Source of the DNA: Thermoplasmatales archaeon
GTDB lineage: Archaea > Thermoplasmatota > E2 > UBA202 > JdFR-43
Assembly (NCBI GenBank): GCA_014361195.1
Contig: JACIWA010000003.1
Location: forward strand, 131,894 to 195,893
Reading direction: 5' to 3'
Length of the DNA stretch: 64,000 nucleotides
In this document: piece after piece, positions 58,501 through 64,000 of the stretch
Layout: every line of letters starts with the position of its first letter
Position numbering within the stretch: position 1 is the stretch's first letter
Position numbers and translations under genes: made by a program
Notes under the pieces: generated by a model
Seen by the model: only the letters and a program-made list of their open reading frames with translations
Databases searched by the model: none
Told to the model about the DNA's origin: nothing

Positions 58501-60182
58501 CTGTCTCAGAAATTTATAAAATTTATGTAGAAAACTCAAAAATTTCAATCTTTAACAGTTCAATTAAGAATTTAGACGCTAAGGAATGCAACTCTTATAT
58601 TGAGAGATGTAACTTATCAGGAAATCTGAGCTTATATAATGGAAAAATTGAATTGAACAATAGCATTTTTTACAAAAATGAAAATATATTGTTTAACTTT
58701 TCATATGTTTCAATAAGAAATTCAATATTTAATTGGAACAATATATCTAAATTCACAGGTGCAAATGGGTCTTTGAGAGATAGTATTATAGCAAACAATA
58801 GCATTGGGCTATTGGTCGAGAACTCAACTCTTTCATTAACTAACATAACTGGTTATAAAAATGGTATAGGAATTTACTTGAATTCTTCATACTGCGAGAT
58901 TTATTACGGGAATTTCTCTGAAAATAATATATCAATTTTTGTAGATGGATGGAACAATACAATTGAAAAAATATTGATTCATCATAATAAGAAAGGCATT
59001 TTGTTATATGGAAATAATAATACGGTAAAAAATTGCTCATTCTGGAGAAATGAAATTGGAATTGAAGCATATGGAAGCAACAAAATCTATTCAAATAATT
59101 TTGTTTATAATTGGAAAAATGCAATTGAGAAAGGAAATAATAGCTGGAATTTAACCTATCCTGTTGGAGGAAATTATTGGCATGATTATCTAGGCAAGGA
59201 TTTTATGAAGGGTGAGAAGCAGAATATAAGTGGAAAAGATGAAATTGGCGATACTCCGTATCAAATAAATGGGAGCTATGATTTCTATCCTCTTATAGAA
59301 AAATGTAATACCGCTGCTTTAATCCCGAATGAAAAACCAATTGCAAAATTTTATTTCTATCCATCATTTCCTTCTTCATTCGAAAACATAATGTTCTTTG
59401 ATTCTTCCTATGATGAAAATGGGGAAGATGACATAATTTCATGGACATGGGATTTTGGAAACGGAATTAGAAGCAATGAAAGAAATCCAATTCACAACTA
59501 TACTGTTCCTGGAAATTATACTATAACTTTAACAGTTAAGGATAAAAGCAATGAAACAGGAGCATTCTCTATAAATATTTCAATAAAAAATACTCCACCA
59601 TATGCAGACTTTTCATTCAAAGAGAATCCAAAATCATATGAAATTGTTGAATTTAATGCAAGCAATAGCTATGATTTAGATGGATATATAGTAAATTATA
59701 CATGGGACTTTGGAGATGGAAGCAATGGATATGGAAATATTTCCTATCACAAATATATAAAGCCAGGGATTTATAAAGTTAAATTGGTTATTATTGATAA
59801 CAACGGGAGCAAAAAAGAAAAGGAAAAGGAGATAGAAATAATTAATAGAGAACCAAGTGCTGATTTTATATACTCGCCCGAAAAAGCAAGTCCTGGAGAA
59901 GAGATGGAATTCACCGATCTATCAACTGATATGGACGGAGAAATAATTTCATACATTTGGAATTTTGGAGATGGAACCTTTTCATACGAAAAAAATCCAA
60001 CTCATGCATATGAAAAGCCAGGAGAATATGAAGTAACATTGATTGTAAAGGATGATTATGGAGCGATTGCGAGCATTAAAAAAACAATAACGGTGAAGAA
60101 AAAAGAAATCCCATCCTTCGAACTTATCATATTTGTGTTTGCACTGATAATCTTAATTTCAAGAAGAAAAATCTGCTTTTAA
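55509..60182 (+). CDS. Giant surface protein (1557 aa) with an N-terminal signal peptide, about 5 PKD domains, a long right-handed parallel beta-helix (PbH1/NosD-like) region, 3 more PKD domains and a C-terminal PSF / hydrophobic helix / RRK tail
   Basis: Repeated NASNSYDLDGYI.NYTWDFGDGS PKD signatures. About 700 aa of N/S/I-rich 22-25-residue repeats (NNS., GI.I..S.N) are typical of pectate-lyase-like beta-helices. The C-terminus ends ...KKEIPSFELIIFVFALIILISRRKICF. Confidence 0.75.
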   Translation: MNSMGKKIKATGILVLLSLVIFINNAYDVYSGSMDELIVDFYFEPETPLTFQTVYFWDNSTYNQNYAVNFSWDFGDGNISYEKNPQHVYSIPGKYNVTHGITLYNNSGIINTSMVVKQINVLNRPPVAKFYWNAYGNNFTFRGNFDYDQSYDLDGYIANYTWDFGDGSIGYGAVVTHTYILTGRCNVTLTVRDNNGSINSIRREINISNKMPFANFSYEPANPTSLDNITFNSTSYDQDGYITNWIWDFGGGKIFFNSTVTYRYDDNGIYSVYLFVIDNEGAFNYTLKNVIVYNIPPFANFTWEPFYPIPNKNITFNASNSYDLDGYIANYTWDFGDGSTGYGIIVEHSYNSSGIYNVTLTVVDDDNENATQRYSILVADFYVDKNVYDPANHTWNRISDALNNASDGAFIYVREGIYEEDVNVSKEVFIEGINATVYGNVSLLKNITFCKMGTKGSSFSAGENCSIYNCTIEADKIKLNRKNILFYNEIKGEIELLDWNNLTYNSIGGGVSVKGNENEFYENKVYNAFYGFNLSGEFNKVVKNEISGCIYGIYLWKFNEIVSNDIGFSGFGIYINTDNILIGYNKIAYSYFGIYSANSENVTLLDLILLNNTNSIYSKNIFAENVKIENGKNGIIANGKVINSSIKGLENGIIASNVLIENCSIEKCKNGLNISNSEIVYTNLEENYIGAYIDNTSVINCSFSKNIYAIKAGDGNSISNSTLSNNSFAIICDGINNSIFKSNIYRNGGGIYIKNSFNSVYENIVKENEYGLRIFTSPYNTIDKNSFEDNKYNFDMEGSEINHFYQKIENNTANSLSFLYLLNESNVALNGSYGYIALIGCKNISLNNFSNSHAGELLLAGCWDVRFKGGVVRENIEGIYVFKSRNLSFEGIEIRNNVRGLSTKSSYGLAIYNCSFEGNEKGINLFNIGREFSEVRMAMVNFYNNSYGFSIENADGINVSGVNASMNGLDGAIYNGNVYISYSKISSLSFKESEINISVSEIYKIYVENSKISIFNSSIKNLDAKECNSYIERCNLSGNLSLYNGKIELNNSIFYKNENILFNFSYVSIRNSIFNWNNISKFTGANGSLRDSIIANNSIGLLVENSTLSLTNITGYKNGIGIYLNSSYCEIYYGNFSENNISIFVDGWNNTIEKILIHHNKKGILLYGNNNTVKNCSFWRNEIGIEAYGSNKIYSNNFVYNWKNAIEKGNNSWNLTYPVGGNYWHDYLGKDFMKGEKQNISGKDEIGDTPYQINGSYDFYPLIEKCNTAALIPNEKPIAKFYFYPSFPSSFENIMFFDSSYDENGEDDIISWTWDFGNGIRSNERNPIHNYTVPGNYTITLTVKDKSNETGAFSINISIKNTPPYADFSFKENPKSYEIVEFNASNSYDLDGYIVNYTWDFGDGSNGYGNISYHKYIKPGIYKVKLVIIDNNGSKKEKEKEIEIINREPSADFIYSPEKASPGEEMEFTDLSTDMDGEIISYIWNFGDGTFSYEKNPTHAYEKPGEYEVTLIVKDDYGAIASIKKTITVKKKEIPSFELIIFVFALIILISRRKICF
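56457..56606 (+). repeat. PKD cassette near-identical to 51644-51793
   Basis: See the paired repeat. Confidence 0.8.
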
Positions 60183-60203
60183 AAACATAATTTAAAAATT
60201 TTA

Positions 60204-60276
60204 TGGGCCCGCCCGGATTTGAACCGGAGTCTCTGGCTCCCAAGGCCAAAAGGATACCAGGCTACCCCACGGGCCC
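60204..60276 (-). tRNA. tRNA-Pro (anticodon UGG); CCA not encoded
   Basis: Hand fold: acceptor GGGCCCG/CGGGCCC, anticodon stem TTGGC/GCCAG with loop CTTGGGA, T-arm TCCGG-TTCAAAT-CCGGG and a 4-nt variable loop. Confidence 0.85.
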
Positions 60277-60318
60277 TAAAAATCGTAAAGTAAAAAAGGA
60301 TATAAAACTTTTCCATTC

Positions 60319-60972
60319 ATGAAAAAAATTATTGCTAATCTGATTTTAGTATTTACATTGTTTGTTATATACTCATCTGTAGCAATCAGTTTCTTCATTG
60401 ATTTTGAAGCAGAGATTTCCTCCCAATCTCTAATGTTTGCTCTTATATTCAATTTCCTGATAATTTTTATTCCTTCCATATTATTTGCTTACCTTTATTA
60501 TGGTGAGATATGGAATAGTCTTTATTTTAGAAAAGAGGGTGCTGTAAAATCAATATTATATGGCTTTCTATCAACAATAATTTTTCTCTTTCTGCAAGGA
60601 GCTTTTCTAACAATTATAGGATATGAAGAAAGCAATCCTTTAGCAGAGAAAATTGTTGAAATTGTAAAAAGAAATTCATTTCTCTTATTTCTAATACCAA
60701 TAATCTCTTCAATAAGTGAGGAAACTTTTTATAGAGGGGTTATTCAAAATTTGCTACAAAAAAAGATGGGCATATATTCAATTTTTTTAACTTCTTTAAT
60801 TTTTGCAATTGCGCATATAGAGTACAAAACAATTTTCCAAATTTTGATGCCCTTCCTTTTTGCCCTTCTTTTGGGTTTTTTAATGTACAAATTTAAAAAC
60901 ATTTTTGCACCGATATCCGCACATTTCTTCTATAATTTTTTAAGCTTGCTTGTTAGTGTTTTTTATGGATGA
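60319..60972 (+). CDS. CPBP-family intramembrane metalloprotease (CAAX protease/Abi family)
   Basis: Polytopic, with the EExxxR motif (SEETFYRG) and the FxxxH motif (FAIAHIEY). Confidence 0.7.
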   Translation: MKKIIANLILVFTLFVIYSSVAISFFIDFEAEISSQSLMFALIFNFLIIFIPSILFAYLYYGEIWNSLYFRKEGAVKSILYGFLSTIIFLFLQGAFLTIIGYEESNPLAEKIVEIVKRNSFLLFLIPIISSISEETFYRGVIQNLLQKKMGIYSIFLTSLIFAIAHIEYKTIFQILMPFLFALLLGFLMYKFKNIFAPISAHFFYNFLSLLVSVFYG

Positions 60973-61014
60973 AGATATTTCATTAACTTTATTTACACAA
61001 AAATAATTAAATAT

Positions 61015-62154
61015 GTGCATCCGAGCGAAAGAATAAAGGGAGAAAAGAGCAAAAAATTATGGAATAAAAAAATTATTTTTGGGATTACAGGCGGAATTGC
61101 AGCGGTTGAATGCGTGAAGATTGCCAGGGAGCTAATAAGACACGGGGCGGATGTTTATCCAGTGATGACAAAAGATGCGTGTAATATACTGCATCCGCAA
61201 GCAATGAAATTTGCAACAGGAAATGATGTCATAATTGAGTTGACGGGCAATGTAGAGCATGTTTCCTATGAGGCGGATTTGTTGCTAATTGCGCCTTGTA
61301 CAGCAAATACGATTTCTAAAATTGCGAATGGAATTGCGGATAATGCCCTCACTACTTTTGCTCTTGCATTTGAAAATAAAATTATAATTGCTCCTTCAAT
61401 GCACGAAAAAATGTTTAAAAATAAATTTCTTGAAGAAAATATTAAAAAATGCAATGAAAAGGGAATTAAATTTATTCCTCCAAAAATTGAGGAAGGAAAA
61501 GCAAAAATGGCAAGCAATGAAGAAATAATTGAAGCGGTTATAAGGGAATTGAGAGGAAAAGATAAAGAAGGTAAAAAAGTGCTAGTTATAGGTGGCCCAA
61601 CATCAGAGCCAATAGATGATGTGAGAGTTTTAACAAATATTTCCTCCGGAAAAATGGCAAGAGCAATAGCAATAGAGGTATATGAAAGAGGGGCGGATGT
61701 TGAAACATGGTTTAGTAGTATAGAAAGCTTTTCATTTATTCCGAACAGGAGTTTTTCTGCAATAAAGGATCTAATCAATTTAATTAAGAAAGCAAAAAAA
61801 TATGATGCAGTAATAAATTGTGCTGCAATTTCAGATTTTATAGTAAAGAAAAGAAAGGGAAAAATAGAGAGCAAAGAAAAAGTAGTTGTTTGCCTTGAGC
61901 CATCTCCAAGAATAAATCCAATGCTCAAGAAAATAGGAAAGATTGTTATTGGCTTTAAACTAGAAGAAAAAAATGTTTTTGAAAGAGCATATAAAAGAAT
62001 GAGGGGAGATGGAATAGATTATATGATAGGGAATAAGATAGATAGTATAGGAAAAGATTACACACAGATATGGATAATAGGGAAAGAAGGATTAATTAAA
62101 AAAGTTAAAGGTAGAAAAGAGGAAGTTGCAAAAAATATAGTTGATTTAATATGA
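61015..62154 (+). CDS. coaBC: Bifunctional phosphopantothenoylcysteine decarboxylase / phosphopantothenate-cysteine ligase
   Basis: An N-terminal flavoprotein domain (IIFGITGGIAAVE...PAMT-like region) and a C-terminal CoaB domain (VLVIGGPTSEPIDDVRVLTNISSG). Confidence 0.8.
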   Translation: MHPSERIKGEKSKKLWNKKIIFGITGGIAAVECVKIARELIRHGADVYPVMTKDACNILHPQAMKFATGNDVIIELTGNVEHVSYEADLLLIAPCTANTISKIANGIADNALTTFALAFENKIIIAPSMHEKMFKNKFLEENIKKCNEKGIKFIPPKIEEGKAKMASNEEIIEAVIRELRGKDKEGKKVLVIGGPTSEPIDDVRVLTNISSGKMARAIAIEVYERGADVETWFSSIESFSFIPNRSFSAIKDLINLIKKAKKYDAVINCAAISDFIVKKRKGKIESKEKVVVCLEPSPRINPMLKKIGKIVIGFKLEEKNVFERAYKRMRGDGIDYMIGNKIDSIGKDYTQIWIIGKEGLIKKVKGRKEEVAKNIVDLI

Positions 62155-62990
62155 AGGTTATTTCCTTTGCTCCATCACACATAACCGGCTTTTTTGAAAT
62201 ATTTTTAAAGGAGAGTAGCGAAAAAAGCGGCTCCAGAGGAGCGGGATTGTGCATTTCCCTGGGAAGTTATGCAATTGCAGAAAAAATTTCTGGAAAAAAA
62301 ATGGTAGCGGAAGGGAATATTGGAAAGGGTGAGGTTACAAAACTCGCTATCAAAAGAATTGCTAGTGGTGTAAAAGTGAAAATAAAAAATCAATTGCCTT
62401 TCTCTCAGGGTTTTGGTATAAGCGCAAGCTCTTCTCTTTCCTCCTGCCTGGCGGTGGCGGAATTGCTTGGAATTGATAGATCAGAGGCAATAAGGGCGGC
62501 ACATTATGCGGAGTTAAAAAGTGGCACAGGCCTTGGGGATGTTGTGACATCAGCGAGAGGAGGGATGGAAATTAGGTTAAGGGAAGGAATTGGAGGAGAG
62601 ATTAAAAAAATTGAATTGAACGAGAAAATAATTGTTGGGATAGTTGGAAAAAAAATTCATACAAAAAGCATATTGGAAGATGAGAAAAAGAGGGAAATTA
62701 TAAATGACATCGGGAAAGATTGCTTGAAGAAGTTTTTGAGGAAACCAGATATTGAGAATTTTTTTGATCTATCTCTTTATTTTGCGGAGAATAGCGGGCT
62801 TATGAGCGAGAAGGTAAAGAAAGTTTTAAAACATCTCAATAAAATAGGAAAAGCATCAATGTGTATGATAGGCAACTCTGTTTTTGCAATCTATAATAAA
62901 GAGATTGAAAAATATCTATCAAGATATGAAAGTTATGTTTGCAACATAGATAATTATGGAGCAAGAGTTTTAGCAACCTTTTTCCCTTAA
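62151..62990 (+). CDS. Pantoate kinase (archaeal CoA pathway; GHMP-kinase family, COG1829-like)
   Basis: N-terminal APSHITGFFEIF and the GHMP motif GFGISASSSLS. It is translationally coupled to coaBC. Confidence 0.55.
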   Translation: MKVISFAPSHITGFFEIFLKESSEKSGSRGAGLCISLGSYAIAEKISGKKMVAEGNIGKGEVTKLAIKRIASGVKVKIKNQLPFSQGFGISASSSLSSCLAVAELLGIDRSEAIRAAHYAELKSGTGLGDVVTSARGGMEIRLREGIGGEIKKIELNEKIIVGIVGKKIHTKSILEDEKKREIINDIGKDCLKKFLRKPDIENFFDLSLYFAENSGLMSEKVKKVLKHLNKIGKASMCMIGNSVFAIYNKEIEKYLSRYESYVCNIDNYGARVLATFFP

Positions 62991-63108
62991 ATGCTTTCTG
63001 AAACAATCTTTATGCCAGTATTTTCCATCCTTAAAAATTTCATCTTTTTCTATTTCTTTTTTGCAATAATGGCATTCCATAATTAAGAAATTTTTAAGTT
63101 TATATAAA

Positions 63109-63984
63109 TTAAACTACTTCTCTTGTTATAACCGCAATACCTCTCTCAAAATCAGTCATTTCTTCTCTATTAAGAACACATTGTCCAACCGCAATAAGTT
63201 CGTCATTTTCACTCACTATCAATGCTTCATCATATGGTCTTAACTCCTTACAAGCATCCAGAACAAATTTTGCAAAAACATTTTTACCTTCCTTTACAAA
63301 TGATATTGCTTCTTTTCCAATATAAACCCGCATTTTTGGTGGTTTAAAATATTTGTGCAATATTTTTGCTCCTTCCTTCTTAAGGGTGAAGAAGCCATCT
63401 GTTGCCCTCATTGAAACTAAATGTTTTCCATCGCAAATAACATTTCTTATTTTTCCTGTCTTTTTGGATTTAATTAATTCTATTTTTCCTTTAAAAAGTG
63501 CGTTTCCCGCTCCTTTTCCAAATTGATAGTCCGCGATCGCTCTTATTTTCCTTAAATCAAAATTTTTGCTATTTTTACCAAATTCCTCATATCCCGCATA
63601 CTCTAATTTTTTGAATTTTCTCCATATCTTTGAGCTTTCTTTCCTTGTTTCATCATCCAAAATTTCTGGAAAAACTGACTGGGCAACTGGATAAATTTCA
63701 TCAAGCTCAATTGGAATTAAACCAAATGGAGAATCTATAAAAACATTTCCCTCAATTTTTTTCAGCCATTCATTCTTACTGGTATATGGCTTTTGCATTT
63801 CATCAAATATTATACTTTTTTCAAAAAATGGCTCATATCTTTCAATAATTCTCTTCTGCAATCTATAAACTATGGGGCGATGTATGGAATATTTACCACT
63901 ATAAATAAATGCTTTGTCTTTTGATATGTTTTCATATTTTTCAAGCCATCTCTTATTATTCTTTATTATTTCCATTGCTTCCAT
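63109..63984 (-). CDS. PUA-domain protein, possibly the detached C-terminal (C2 + PUA) part of a split archaeosine tRNA-guanine transglycosylase
   Basis: The C-terminal ~75 aa form a typical PUA domain (RVYIGKEAISFVKEGKNVFAKFVLDAC...IAVGQCVL). The N-terminal 200 aa are unassigned. Confidence 0.35.
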   Translation of the reverse strand: MEAMEIIKNNKRWLEKYENISKDKAFIYSGKYSIHRPIVYRLQKRIIERYEPFFEKSIIFDEMQKPYTSKNEWLKKIEGNVFIDSPFGLIPIELDEIYPVAQSVFPEILDDETRKESSKIWRKFKKLEYAGYEEFGKNSKNFDLRKIRAIADYQFGKGAGNALFKGKIELIKSKKTGKIRNVICDGKHLVSMRATDGFFTLKKEGAKILHKYFKPPKMRVYIGKEAISFVKEGKNVFAKFVLDACKELRPYDEALIVSENDELIAVGQCVLNREEMTDFERGIAVITREVV

Positions 63985-64000
63985 TAGGTTAGGATGACAA

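Noticed and set aside
61266-61928. 220-aa ORF antisense to coaBC; similar long antisense ORFs at 4413-4847, 5251-5520, 8456-8830, 18862-19203, 48551-48993 and others
   Set aside because: These are shadow ORFs inside strongly supported genes on the opposite strand. Their products are low-complexity (S/F/I/L-rich) with no motifs. Such ORFs are typical of AT-rich genomes with few stop codons in the antisense frames.
1-64000. CRISPR array
   Set aside because: No short direct repeats of 25-40 nt with regular unique spacers were seen. The only conspicuous DNA repeats are protein-coding PKD cassettes and the intergenic blocks at 34.1 and 49.3-49.7 kb. No cas genes are present.

Overview
This is an AT-rich (roughly one-third GC) archaeal chromosomal segment. 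The archaeal assignment rests on an aEF-1alpha/S10/tRNA-Ser block, aEF-1beta with its upstream zinc-ribbon partner, the tRNA-splicing endonuclease EndA, the aCPSF1 (FttA)/proteasome-beta pair, FEN-1, DtdA, pantoate kinase and MptE. A split LplA/LplB lipoate ligase and a two-domain EndA point towards a Thermoplasmata-like euryarchaeon, though this cannot be confirmed from sequence alone. Most of the window is tightly packed housekeeping genes: purine/GMP synthesis (purQ, purS, purL, purE, guaA), prs, argF, ppa, thiI, coaBC, ubiX, trx and feoAB.

Accessory content is of five kinds. (1) A cluster of at least seven co-oriented genes at the left edge whose products all carry a short charged N-terminus, a Gly, then a hydrophobic helix (type IV prepilin-like); no ATPase or platform gene is in view. 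(2) A Type III restriction-modification pair (mod plus res) with an ASCH-like neighbour, sitting at the 3' side of tRNA-Ser. (3) Several large secreted proteins built from PKD-domain and parallel beta-helix modules. Three of the surface proteins share a C-terminal P-x-F / hydrophobic helix / RR(R)K tripartite tail that looks like an archaeosortase-type sorting signal. (4) A compact minus-strand cluster gcvH / OPT transporter / PqqD-like / secreted thioredoxin / thiI / HDAC. (5) Conserved non-coding sequence blocks repeated upstream of ubiX and argF, plus a near-identical ~150-bp PKD cassette shared by two surface-protein genes.

No CRISPR array, rRNA, transposase or integrase was seen. All calls come from reading the supplied ORF translations and the DNA by eye; no database search was possible.
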